Positions 27,229 through 36,546 are shown, counted from the first letter of the stretch. The stretch: 64,000 nucleotides of DNA from Longimicrobiales bacterium (GCA_965249775.1 OZ252253.1:3232189-3296188); one strand, 5' to 3'. Program-made: numbers and translations. The notes: generated by a model not told the origin, from the sequence alone.

Positions 27229-28548
27229 ATGGCACAGTTCTGTGCGTTTGGCCGCTCGTTGTTGTGTGTGGCGGTGCTCGCCAGCCCCGCGTGGGCGCAG
27301 GATAGCGACCGGATTTGGGGTCGGCTCTACACAACGTCCGGCGACGTCCACGAGGGATTCATCCGCTGGGATCGGAACGAGGGCAGCTGGGTCGACGTTC
27401 TGGACGGCTCCAAGAAGATCCCTGATGAGAACTACCAGGCCTGGCTCGCAGCGAAGGGTGCCGACGGGCCGCCGCGCCGTTTTATCGATCTCCAGGGTTT
27501 CCGGATCTCGTGGGAGGAGGCCGACCCCGAGTTCTCACTTACCGCCACCTCCGGGGTCCGATTCGGGCACATCAGCTCTCTTCGCGTCATTGAGGCAGAC
27601 AGTGTTGAGCTGACGTTGCGCTCGGGTGAGCTCGTGGAGCTGGACCGTGGCTCCACGGACCTCGGGAGGTCCAATCGGGGGATCGTGGTGGACGTCCCAG
27701 GCCGGGCCGAAGTCGACTTGGACTGGGGCGATCTCGAGCGGATCGTCTTTTCCGCGGTGCCGGTGGGAGTTCGGGCCCGGGGTCACCGGCTTTACGGAAC
27801 TGCCGAGGACATCCAAGGGAATCGGTACACCGGTTACGTCTCCTGGGATCTGGACGAGATCTTCGAGTCCGACGAGCTGGACGGTGAAGAGATGGAGGGG
27901 GGTAGGAACCGGGAGATTCGGTTTGGGGAGATCGCCTCCATCGTGCGCATAGAAGGGGGGGCTCGGGTCGTGCTCGTCGATGGTGAGGAGTTGGACCTCA
28001 CGGACAACCGGGACGTTGATCGCAGAAATCGAGGAATTCAGATCTCGGATCCGGCGTTGGGCATGGTCGAGGTCGAGTGGAGTGAGCTCGAGATCTTGCG
28101 GTTCCACGAGGCGGACGCGGTCGTTGGCTACGACGCCTTCGATGGAGGGCATGTCCTGGTCGGCACCGTCGTGACACAGTCGGGAGAGGAGATCGACGGA
28201 CTGATTCGCTGGGATGCGGACGAAGCGGGCTCCTGGGAGTTTCTGAACGGTCGCGCGGACGACGTGGTCTTCACCATCGAGTTCGGCATGGTGAGCCGGA
28301 TCGTGCGCGGTGAGGTCTTCGGTGCCACCGTGACACTCCTGGACGGGAGGACCTTCGAGCTGGACAACTACGACGTCGTCTGGGACAACACCGACGATGT
28401 CAACTGGGACAATAGGGGCATCCTCGTCGCCCCGGAGGGCGCGAACAGCAGTGGCGGACCCGACTGGTCTCGTTGGCGTGTGGTCCCGTGGGACGAGTTC
28501 AAGGAGGCCCGCTTTCGCCACGACCAGACTATCGCCGGCGGAAACTAG
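27229..28548 (+). CDS. Secreted protein made of three ~90-aa internal repeats (unknown family)
   Basis: The start is the ATG at 27229 (MAQFCAFGRSLLCVAVLASPAWAQD, a signal peptide). Repeats begin at GRLYTTSGDVHEGFIRWD, GTAEDIQGNRYTGYVSWD and GTVVTQSGEEIDGLIRWD, each with a NRGI.V.....VEW..LE.I.F core. Confidence 0.6.
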   Translation: MAQFCAFGRSLLCVAVLASPAWAQDSDRIWGRLYTTSGDVHEGFIRWDRNEGSWVDVLDGSKKIPDENYQAWLAAKGADGPPRRFIDLQGFRISWEEADPEFSLTATSGVRFGHISSLRVIEADSVELTLRSGELVELDRGSTDLGRSNRGIVVDVPGRAEVDLDWGDLERIVFSAVPVGVRARGHRLYGTAEDIQGNRYTGYVSWDLDEIFESDELDGEEMEGGRNREIRFGEIASIVRIEGGARVVLVDGEELDLTDNRDVDRRNRGIQISDPALGMVEVEWSELEILRFHEADAVVGYDAFDGGHVLVGTVVTQSGEEIDGLIRWDADEAGSWEFLNGRADDVVFTIEFGMVSRIVRGEVFGATVTLLDGRTFELDNYDVVWDNTDDVNWDNRGILVAPEGANSSGGPDWSRWRVVPWDEFKEARFRHDQTIAGGN

Positions 28549-28553
28549 GGCTC

Positions 28554-30899
28554 ATGGGTCACATGCGGACGATCCGGTGGTTCGGAGTCGTGTCTCGTGG
28601 GTGGTTCGGAGTCTTGTGTCTCGGGTTGTTCGGCCTCGGGGCCGAACGGGCGGCCGGGCAGGAAGCGTCGCCTGACTCGGCTGGCCAGGTCGCCCCGGAC
28701 ACATACGTCGATCCGGTGGCACGCACGCTGTTCGAGGCGGCCCAGACGAACTGGCGATCCGTGGACGAATCGATTGTCCGGTACACCGCCCTTATCCAGC
28801 AGCGGATCGCGGCGGCGCTCCGGACCCCGCTCAAGGATCGGATCCTCTACCGGAACGAGACCGCCGTCCGTGCTTTCTGGGATCAGGACTACGACGCGGT
28901 CGTCCAGGTTCTGGGGACGCACTCCCAGTATCCGGGTCGATCGATCGCGGTCCGCGAGGGTGACCTGGACTGGTTGGACGACCTCCCGTTCGACGAACCG
29001 TTCGAGCCGGGCGGCGATCGCCTCCTCTTCGGCCTGGACACCAGCGACGGGGACGACAGCGCCTTCGAAGAGAACGAGGGGTTTTGGGTCGTACACCCGT
29101 TGGCGAACGGATCCGACTCCGTCTACCGCTACGAGAGCGGGGATACCCTTTCGTTGTCCCTCCCGGATGGGCGCGTGCTGCGGACCATCCAATTGGACGT
29201 TCTTCCGCGTGAAGCCGATGTCCACCGTATCAGTGGTACCCTTTGGATCGAGCCCGAGTCCGGCGCGCTCGTACGAGCCGTCTATCGACTGAGTAGGCAG
29301 TTCGATGCAATGCGAGATGTGGCGGAGCTCCAGGAAGAGGAGGAGAGGGGATCATTCAGGTACGTGCCCGGCTTGTTCAAGCCGTGGACGTTCGACCTGA
29401 CGATGGTGGCGGTCGAGTATAGCCTCTGGAACTTCGAGGTCTGGCTCCCTCGGAGCATGCGGATCGAGGGGGAGGTCGCCGCAGGCATCCTCAAGATGCC
29501 GGTATCGATGGACGTTTCCTATCGGATGGAGTCCGTCACCACCCAGTCCGACCTGGCCCGGGAGGGAACGGTGCTGCCGGCCGGGCTCGTGGAACGACAC
29601 TTCGAGACCCGCGCCGAGGCCATGGCCTTCATCGCCCAGCTGTTGTCCGAGCAGGACGGGATCGACTACGAGCAGGCCTCCCGAAGCGAAGAGTTCGCGT
29701 CAGGTCGACAGTCGCTGATGATCGTCCCTCAGGAACGCAGCCTGGTGGACACCAGTCCCCATCTTCCGCCTCCGATCTGGGAAGACGCTGCGGGTTTCCC
29801 GTCCGACGACCAGCTGGAGGACTACTTCAATACTCTTGCCGCTCTTCCGGCCCCGACCATCCAAGGCGTTCCCTGGGAGGCCAACTGGGGTTGGAATCGG
29901 CCTGATCTGCTCCGCTACAACCGGGTGGAGGGACCGGCTTTGGGAGGACGCTTCGATGCCAGCATCGGCGGACCCTACACGTTCGAAGGGATCGGGTACT
30001 TCGGGTTCGCGGATCTCGAGCCGAAAGCACGGGTGAGCATCGAGCGGTCGACCGTTCGGCGCCGACTGCGCGTCGGCGTGTACCGCGAGCTCACTGCCAC
30101 CGATCCCAAGGGCCGGTACCTGGGATTCGGCAACTCGGTGTACGCGCTTCTCTTCGGCCGAGACGAAGGCGAATACTACCGGGCCACGGGCATGGACTTC
30201 ACGTGGCGTCCACCCGTAGGGGCCAGGGAGTCGTTCGAGTTCAGGGCCTACGCAGAGCGTCAGGCGTCGGTCCCGACGGAGTCCAGCTTTGCGCTGTTTC
30301 GCGCCTTCAATGGCAGCTGGGAATTCCGACCCAACATCGACGCCGACGAGGTAGAGGAGTTCGGGGCTGAGCTACGGCTCTCGCCCCGGCGGGGTGGGGA
30401 GCCGTCCCGCGCCCAGTTCGGACTCGACCTGTACGGACAGGCAGCCCGCTGGAGAACTACTGGAGGGAGCGAAGGAACGAACTATGGGCGGGCCAGCGCC
30501 GTGCTGTGGACGGCGATACCCCTGGTCCCGCAACGCTGGCGCTTGGGCCTCGAGGCAGGGGTGGGAACCACCTTTGGCGACGCACCCCTCCAGCGCCAAT
30601 GGTTCCTGGGTGGCGCCCGCACGCTTCGGGGGTACCCTGCTTCGTCGGCCGGGGGATCGTCGGTTGCTCGGGCCCGGGCGGAAGTGGCACGAACCTTCTA
30701 CGACATCGGCTCAGTGAGCTTCTTTGGGGACATCGGTTGGGCGGGCCTTCGGGGCAACTACACCGGGGACGATCTGCTCTACGCAATCGGGGTCGGCGGG
30801 AGCGTGCTCGACGGTCTGTTCCGCATGGACCTGTCCCACGGTCTCAAGGGCCCGCAGAAGCAGTTCCGGGTCGACTTGTACCTCGACGCTCTGCTGTAA
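28554..30899 (+). CDS. Omp85/BamA-TamA-like outer-membrane protein with a large N-terminal periplasmic region
   Basis: Signal peptide (MGHMRTIRWFGVVSRGWFGVLCLGLFGLGA). The C-terminal ~300 aa carry Omp85 barrel hallmarks (LGGARTLRGY, FGDIGWAG, alternating beta pattern). Starts 6 nt after the upstream gene. Confidence 0.55.
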   Translation: MGHMRTIRWFGVVSRGWFGVLCLGLFGLGAERAAGQEASPDSAGQVAPDTYVDPVARTLFEAAQTNWRSVDESIVRYTALIQQRIAAALRTPLKDRILYRNETAVRAFWDQDYDAVVQVLGTHSQYPGRSIAVREGDLDWLDDLPFDEPFEPGGDRLLFGLDTSDGDDSAFEENEGFWVVHPLANGSDSVYRYESGDTLSLSLPDGRVLRTIQLDVLPREADVHRISGTLWIEPESGALVRAVYRLSRQFDAMRDVAELQEEEERGSFRYVPGLFKPWTFDLTMVAVEYSLWNFEVWLPRSMRIEGEVAAGILKMPVSMDVSYRMESVTTQSDLAREGTVLPAGLVERHFETRAEAMAFIAQLLSEQDGIDYEQASRSEEFASGRQSLMIVPQERSLVDTSPHLPPPIWEDAAGFPSDDQLEDYFNTLAALPAPTIQGVPWEANWGWNRPDLLRYNRVEGPALGGRFDASIGGPYTFEGIGYFGFADLEPKARVSIERSTVRRRLRVGVYRELTATDPKGRYLGFGNSVYALLFGRDEGEYYRATGMDFTWRPPVGARESFEFRAYAERQASVPTESSFALFRAFNGSWEFRPNIDADEVEEFGAELRLSPRRGGEPSRAQFGLDLYGQAARWRTTGGSEGTNYGRASAVLWTAIPLVPQRWRLGLEAGVGTTFGDAPLQRQWFLGGARTLRGYPASSAGGSSVARARAEVARTFYDIGSVSFFGDIGWAGLRGNYTGDDLLYAIGVGGSVLDGLFRMDLSHGLKGPQKQFRVDLYLDALL

Positions 30900-30958
30900 C
30901 CCCAAGGTCTCGGATCCTTGCCCGCCGAGGTCCTTTGAGCTCGATCCTGAAGCAAGTT

Positions 30959-31025
30959 CGTTTGACTCCCCTCCCGCCTGATTGTACCATATCACTATAA
31001 CACTAGTACATTACAACACTGGTGC
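30959..31025 (+). promoter_or_regulatory. AT-rich promoter/operator with an imperfect ~21-bp direct repeat (GTACcATatCACTATAACACT / GTACATTACAACACT) around an ACTAGT palindrome
   Basis: A local AT-rich island in a 66%-GC context, immediately upstream of the GntR gene. A TTGACT -35-like hexamer sits at 30962. Confidence 0.4.
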
Positions 31026-31053
31026 CATCGCAGCCCATCGAGGACCGGGACCC

Positions 31054-31428
31054 GTGGAATTCTCCATCGACACCAAGAGCGGCGTCCCCTTCTACCGGCA
31101 AATCATCGAGCAGGTGAAGTACGGCATCTCGGGGGGGCTACTCTCTCCCGGGGACCGGCTTCCCACGGTCCGGCAGCTCGCCGCCGACCTGTCGGTCAAC
31201 CCGAACACCGTCATCCGCGCCTATCGGGAGATGGAGCTCGGAGATGTGGTCGATACGCAACAGGGGTCCGGGACCTACGTGGCCAACCACATGCCGGAGA
31301 TCGGCGAGCTCGAGAAGCGTCGGAAGCTGGACCAGGTGCTCACCGAGTTCCTGGCTCGCGCGCACGGGTACGGGTTCACCCTGGTCGAGGTCCTCGACGG
31401 TTTACGGGAACGCAAGGAGCAGTCATGA
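31054..31428 (+). CDS. GntR-family (YhcF-like, short) transcriptional regulator
   Basis: Winged-HTH motif GDRLPTVRQLAADLSVNPNTVIRAYREMELGDVV. The start is placed at the GTG at 31054 (VEFSIDTKSGVPFYRQI) with GAGGA upstream. A TTG at 30982 is in frame but unlikely. Confidence 0.7.
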   Translation: MEFSIDTKSGVPFYRQIIEQVKYGISGGLLSPGDRLPTVRQLAADLSVNPNTVIRAYREMELGDVVDTQQGSGTYVANHMPEIGELEKRRKLDQVLTEFLARAHGYGFTLVEVLDGLRERKEQS

Positions 31429-32576
31429 ACGGCATAGAATCCAAACGCACAGAGCGCGGGAAGTCGCGAACGGGGATCTCTTTCGAGAGGTTCTCCACGT
31501 CGAGCCGCGCCGACTTCCGCTTTGCGCCGCTCAACTTCCTGCTGCTGGTGGGGTTCTACGTGGTGGGCCTGACCGTCCACATCAACGTCTACGAATTCTC
31601 CGCCGACGCGGTATACCTCACGCTGGGCGCGGCTCTGGTACTCTCTTTCCTGCTTCGTTTTACCCAGGTGTGGGAGGCCGTCGTCGTCCTGGGCACGGCC
31701 ACGTGTCTTGGGATGTACATCGAGTGGAGTCCTGGCTCCGGGGTCTTGGAGCTGCGTTCCGACAGCACGGTCTTGCTATTGACGACCGTCGTGGCGGTGC
31801 TCGTGTCTCCCTCGGTTCAGATGGCCTTCCAGTGGGAGCGAGCAGTGGTGCTGCGCCTCGGCAAGTTCCGCGGCCTGCGCGAGTCGGGCCTGTTCGTGAT
31901 CCTCCCGGTGATCGACAAGGTGGCGCAGTTCGTGGACCAGCGGATCCGCGTCACCGACTTCAGCGCCGAGACGACCCTCACGAACGACACGGTCCCGGTG
32001 AGCGTGGACGCCATAGCCCTCTGGATGGTGTGGGACGCGGAGAAATCCATCCTCGAGGTCGAGCACTTCAACGACGCCGTGATCCTCTCCGCCCAGACGG
32101 CGCTCCGAAACGCGATCGGAAAGAACGACCTGGGCCAGCTCCTGTCGGAGCGGGACCGCCTGGGGAGCGAGATCCAGAAGGTGCTCGACGCGAAGACCAA
32201 CCGCTGGGGCATCACCATAGAATCCGTGGAGATCCGTGACATCATCATTCCCCAGGCCCTCGAAGACGCAATGTCCCGACAGGCCCAAGCCGAGCGGGAG
32301 CGCCAGAGCCGCATCATCCTCGGCACGGCGGAGACGGAGATCGCCGAGAAGTTCGCCGAGGCCTCCCAGCACTACGTGGGTAACGAGGTGGCTCTGCACC
32401 TCAGGGCCATGAACATGGTCTACGAGGGGCTTCGGCAAAAAGGCTCGATGGTGATCGTGCCGTCCTCGGCGGTGGAGACGATGGGGTTGGGGGCGCTGGG
32501 TGGGCTGACGTCGTTCGGGCGTAATGTCGTGCCGCAGGAGGAGGAAGCGGCGGCGTTGGAGGCAGAACCTGAATAG
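31425..32576 (+). CDS. SPFH/band-7 (stomatin/prohibitin-like) membrane protein with extra N-terminal TM domain
   Basis: ATGA overlap with the GntR stop. SPFH core VILPVIDKV...RVTDFSAETTLTNDTVPVSVDAIALWMV...AQAERE, ending in a coiled-coil tail. Confidence 0.8.
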   Translation: MNGIESKRTERGKSRTGISFERFSTSSRADFRFAPLNFLLLVGFYVVGLTVHINVYEFSADAVYLTLGAALVLSFLLRFTQVWEAVVVLGTATCLGMYIEWSPGSGVLELRSDSTVLLLTTVVAVLVSPSVQMAFQWERAVVLRLGKFRGLRESGLFVILPVIDKVAQFVDQRIRVTDFSAETTLTNDTVPVSVDAIALWMVWDAEKSILEVEHFNDAVILSAQTALRNAIGKNDLGQLLSERDRLGSEIQKVLDAKTNRWGITIESVEIRDIIIPQALEDAMSRQAQAERERQSRIILGTAETEIAEKFAEASQHYVGNEVALHLRAMNMVYEGLRQKGSMVIVPSSAVETMGLGALGGLTSFGRNVVPQEEEAAALEAEPE

Positions 32577-32592
32577 ACCGCCTGTGCAAGGG

Positions 32593-32988
32593 ATGTTGGA
32601 GTTCGGCCTGTACGTGCAGGACGTTTCGCGAGCAGCCGCTTTCTACCACCACCTCTTCGGTTTTCCCGTGCTGGTCTCGCAAGAGCGGATCGCTGCGCTC
32701 GACGTGGAGAGGAGGCAGGTATTGCTGTTGTTCAAGCAAGGAGCCTCGAGCGAGCCTATGACCAGCCCAGGAGGTCTGCTACCGGGGCACGATGGCGAAG
32801 GCACCTCTCATCTCGCTTTTGCCATTCAAGAGGACGATGTGCAGCAATGGGAGCAGTGGCTGCATGAGCAGGATGTCGAAGTCGAAGGCGAGATGGAATG
32901 GGAGAGAGGGGGCCGGAGCCTCTACTTCCGAGACCCGGATGGACATCTGCTCGAGATCGCGACGCCAGGCGTGTGGGAAACCTATTGA
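32593..32988 (+). CDS. VOC (glyoxalase-fold) family protein
   Basis: Start at the ATG at 32593 (MLEFGLYVQDV). C-terminal LYFRDPDGHLLEIAT matches the glyoxalase fold. Confidence 0.6.
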   Translation: MLEFGLYVQDVSRAAAFYHHLFGFPVLVSQERIAALDVERRQVLLLFKQGASSEPMTSPGGLLPGHDGEGTSHLAFAIQEDDVQQWEQWLHEQDVEVEGEMEWERGGRSLYFRDPDGHLLEIATPGVWETY

Positions 32989-33244
32989 TCCCTACGTACT
33001 CTGGGCTCACCTGCTACGTCATTCGACGTATCGGATCGGAACGCGATTGAGGGCATCTTCCCCTCGACACTCACGCCGTCGAGGAGCCATCTCAAATGCA
33101 GAAGCGCACAACAGTTCCCGCCGGGAATGTGTGTGATGGGCGTGGGTCTTGCGTCCACGGGCCCGCCCATAGGATGTTGGCTTCCGTCTGATCGGGTGTG
33201 CGCCATGCCCGATCAACTCAACGCGCCGGAGGGTACGTTCGAAG

Positions 33245-34927
33245 ATGAAAAGTAGGTCCCTGCTCGTAGCTCTCTTCGTCAGCCTTTTGCCCGGCCCGTT
33301 GGCGGGTCAGGATGCCGTAGCGTTGCAACAGGCCTGCGACGCTGGCGACATGCTGAGCTGCAACACCCTCGGACTCATGTACGGGGCCGGGAAAGATGTC
33401 ACCTGGGATGGCGGGCGTGCCGCTAGCCTCTTTCAGCGAGCGTGTGACGGGGGATTGATGCTGGGTTGCACCCACCTAGGGGCTCTGTATCAGAATGGCG
33501 TCGGCGTCACTCAGGACCTTACCAGCGCGGTCTTCCTGTACGAGCGAGCCTGCGACGGCGGCGATATGATGGGCTGCGCCACCCTCGGGGTCAGCTATGA
33601 GCGGGGCGAAGGTGTCACACAGGACGCTGTTCGCGCCGTGAGCCTCTACGAGCGAGCCTGCGGCGGCCGCGAGATGCTGGGCTGCACCAACCTGGGGAGT
33701 ATGTATAGGACGGGCAGGGGCGTCACCCAGGATCTCGGTGCCGCGGCCAGCCTCTATTGGCTGGCTTGCGACGGTGGAGTGATGCCGAGCTGCCTCAACC
33801 TCGCCGTCAGTTATGAGCGTGGCGATGGCGTCGCTCAGGACGTCAGCATCGCCGTGATCCTCTACCAGCGAGCCTGTGAGTCCGGAGTGACCTTGGCCTG
33901 CGACCGGATTGGGGTCACGTACGAGCCGCCTGAGGCAGATGTCGCTTCGGCTGACGGTTTTGCCAGGGCCGGCTGGGTCGTGGATACGGAGACCAGAGAC
34001 CCGCTCGACGAGGCGATCGTGGACATACCGGAGCTCGGGATTCGGGTGATCACCGACGCGACAGGTCGTGTCGAGTTCCCAAACCTACCGACCGGGCGGC
34101 ATCGCATAAGGGTAGAGCGGGTCAATTATCAGGCCATGGAGGGTGACCTGGACGTTCCGGAGGACCGAGAATTCCTGCTTGCCTTGGACCTGACCCTCAT
34201 AGGCGACCCGGACGCTCCGGGGCGGATCGTCGGTCGGGTCTTGGAGGGCGGCAGAGAATATGGGGTTTCGTCTGTGGACATCACCGTACTGACCTCTACA
34301 CCGGTCAACACATTCAGTGATCCACAAGGACGGTTCAGTCTCATGGACGTGGAGCCTGGGTTGGTGGAGGTCCGCTTCGGGCGGCTGGGCTACGCCCCCC
34401 GCAGGGCCACAGTGATCGTGCAACCTGATAGAACGGTGGAAATCGCCGCCTCGATGTCCGCCCGCCCCATCGAGCTCGAGCCGATCGCGGTGGTGGTCCG
34501 CCCCCGCAATCTCGAGCAGAACGGATTCTACCGGAGGGCCCTTACTAGTGGGGGCAGCCAGCTCACTCGGAAGGACCTCGACGCCATCGACCCGATAGAG
34601 GTAGGCCACGTTTTTCGGCGGCTTCCGGGCGTGAGGGTGGAAGGCGGGCAGATCATGGGGCGGAGGACCGGGTTCGGAGACATATGTCGACTTCGAATTT
34701 TCTTGGACGGGGTGCCGGTGGGCGGCCTTATTCCCGGCGTCCCAGTAGAGGACCCCGCCGACCCCAACAACGGGGACATCGACCCCCCCCCAGTTCAGGT
34801 CGGCTGGGATTTCAACTCCATCCCCCCCGATTTCCTGGAGGCGATAGAGGTCTACCAGGGACTGAACACGCCCATCCAGTACGGTCCGGCTTGCGGCGTG
34901 GTACTCTTCTGGTCGAGGGGTAACTGA
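33245..34927 (+). CDS. Secreted Sel1/Hcp-like Cys-paired repeat + carboxypeptidase-regulatory-like (x2) + TonB-dependent-receptor plug domain protein, with no beta-barrel
   Basis: Signal peptide. Six ACDGGxMxGC...GxGVxQD Sel1-like repeats. Two CarbopepD_reg-like beta-sandwiches (GRVEFPNLPTGRHRIRVERVNYQ; GRIVGRVLEGG...GRFSLMDVEPG). A plug-like end ...GFGDICRLRIFLDGVP...IEVYQGLNTPIQYGPACGVVLFWSR, then a stop. Confidence 0.7.
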   Translation: MKSRSLLVALFVSLLPGPLAGQDAVALQQACDAGDMLSCNTLGLMYGAGKDVTWDGGRAASLFQRACDGGLMLGCTHLGALYQNGVGVTQDLTSAVFLYERACDGGDMMGCATLGVSYERGEGVTQDAVRAVSLYERACGGREMLGCTNLGSMYRTGRGVTQDLGAAASLYWLACDGGVMPSCLNLAVSYERGDGVAQDVSIAVILYQRACESGVTLACDRIGVTYEPPEADVASADGFARAGWVVDTETRDPLDEAIVDIPELGIRVITDATGRVEFPNLPTGRHRIRVERVNYQAMEGDLDVPEDREFLLALDLTLIGDPDAPGRIVGRVLEGGREYGVSSVDITVLTSTPVNTFSDPQGRFSLMDVEPGLVEVRFGRLGYAPRRATVIVQPDRTVEIAASMSARPIELEPIAVVVRPRNLEQNGFYRRALTSGGSQLTRKDLDAIDPIEVGHVFRRLPGVRVEGGQIMGRRTGFGDICRLRIFLDGVPVGGLIPGVPVEDPADPNNGDIDPPPVQVGWDFNSIPPDFLEAIEVYQGLNTPIQYGPACGVVLFWSRGN

Positions 34928-34935
34928 GCCGTGAG

Positions 34936-36546
34936 ATGAAAAATAAGTCCCTGCTCGTAGCTCTCTTCATCGGCCTGTTGCCTGGTCCGTTGGCCGGTCA
35001 GGATGCCGTAGCGTTGAACCAGCAGGCCTGCGACGCCGGCGATTTGATGAGCTGCAACGTGCTCGGGCTCATGTACGGGGCCGGGGCTGACGTCCCTCAG
35101 GATGGGGCGCGTGCCGCCAGCCTCTTCCAGCGAGCGTGTGACGGGGGACTGATGCTGGGTTGCACCCACCTCGGGCTCCTTTATCAGAATGGCGCAGGCG
35201 TCACTCGGGACCTTGCCAACGCGGTTTTCCTCTACGAGCGAGCCTGCGACGGCGGCGATATGCTGGGCTGCGCCAGCCTCGGGGTCAGCTACGAGCTGGG
35301 CGACGGCGTCACACAGGACCCTGCCCGCGCCGTGAGCCTCTATGAGCGGGCCTGCGGCGGCGGCGAGATGATGGGCTGCACCAACCTCGGGAGCATGTAT
35401 AGGACGGGCAGAGGCGTCACCCAGGATCTCGGTGCCGCGACCAGCCTCTACTGGGTGGCTTGTGACGGCGGAGTGATGCCGAGCTGCTTGAACCTCGCGG
35501 TCAGTTATGAGCGTGGCGAAGGCGTCACTCAGGATGTCGCCATCGCCGTGGTCCTCTACCAGCGAGCCTGTGAGTCCGGAGTGACCTTGGCCTGCGACCG
35601 AATCGGGGTCACGTATGAGCCGCCTGAAGCAGATGTCGCTTCGGCAGACGGATTTGGCAGGGCCGGCTGGGTCGTGGATACCGAGACCAGAGACCCGCTC
35701 GACGAGGCGATCGTGGATGTGCCAGAGCTCGGGATTCGGGTGATCACCGACGCGACAGGTCGTGTCGAGTTTCCAGACCTCCCGGAGGGGCGACATCGCG
35801 TAAGGGTAGAGCGGGTCAATTATCAGGCCATGGAGGGTGACCTGGACGTTCCGGAGGACCGAGAATTCCTGCTTGCTTTGGACCGGACCGTCATAGGCGA
35901 CCCGGACGCTCCGGGGCGGATCGTCGGTCGGGTCTTGGAGGGCGGCAGGGAATATGGGGTTTCGTCTGTGGACATCACCGTACTGACCTCTACACCGGTC
36001 AACGCACTCAGTGATCCACAAGGACGGTTCAGTCTCACGGACGTGGAGCCTGGATTGGTGGAGGTTCGCTTCGAGCGGCTGGGCTACGCCGCCCGTAGAG
36101 CCACGGTGATCGTACAACCTGATAGAACGGTGGAAATCGCCGCCTCGATGTCCGCCCGCCCCATCGAGCTCGAGCCGATCGCGGTGGTGGTCCGCCCCCG
36201 CAATCTCGAGCAGAACGGATTCTACCAGAGGGCCCTTGTCTCTGGGGGCAGCCGGCTCACTCGGGATGACCTCGACGACATCCACCCGATCTTCATATCC
36301 GACGTTTTTCGGCGCCTTCCGGGCGTGAGGGTGGAAGACGGGCAGGTCATTGGGCGGTCGACCGGGTTCGGGGACATATGTCAACTTCGAATTTTCTTGG
36401 ACGGCCTGCCGATGGAGGGGTGGGATTTCGATTCGATCCCCCCGGAGTTCCTAGAGGCGATGGAGGTGTACCAAGGATTGGCCACTCCCATCCAGTACGG
36501 TCCGGCTTGTGGCGTGGTACTCTTCTGGTCGAGGACGGGTGGCTGA
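34936..36546 (+). CDS. Tandem paralog of 33245-34927 (same Sel1 + CarbopepD_reg + plug architecture)
   Basis: About 85-90% identical at protein level. It lacks the 24-aa Pro-rich insertion of the first copy. Starts 8 nt after the first gene. Confidence 0.7.
   Translation: MKNKSLLVALFIGLLPGPLAGQDAVALNQQACDAGDLMSCNVLGLMYGAGADVPQDGARAASLFQRACDGGLMLGCTHLGLLYQNGAGVTRDLANAVFLYERACDGGDMLGCASLGVSYELGDGVTQDPARAVSLYERACGGGEMMGCTNLGSMYRTGRGVTQDLGAATSLYWVACDGGVMPSCLNLAVSYERGEGVTQDVAIAVVLYQRACESGVTLACDRIGVTYEPPEADVASADGFGRAGWVVDTETRDPLDEAIVDVPELGIRVITDATGRVEFPDLPEGRHRVRVERVNYQAMEGDLDVPEDREFLLALDRTVIGDPDAPGRIVGRVLEGGREYGVSSVDITVLTSTPVNALSDPQGRFSLTDVEPGLVEVRFERLGYAARRATVIVQPDRTVEIAASMSARPIELEPIAVVVRPRNLEQNGFYQRALVSGGSRLTRDDLDDIHPIFISDVFRRLPGVRVEDGQVIGRSTGFGDICQLRIFLDGLPMEGWDFDSIPPEFLEAMEVYQGLATPIQYGPACGVVLFWSRTGG

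Noticed and set aside
34852-36384. 510-aa ORF on the - strand
   Set aside because: Antisense to the second Sel1-plug paralog. It is duplicated only because the sense gene is duplicated, and it has no motif.
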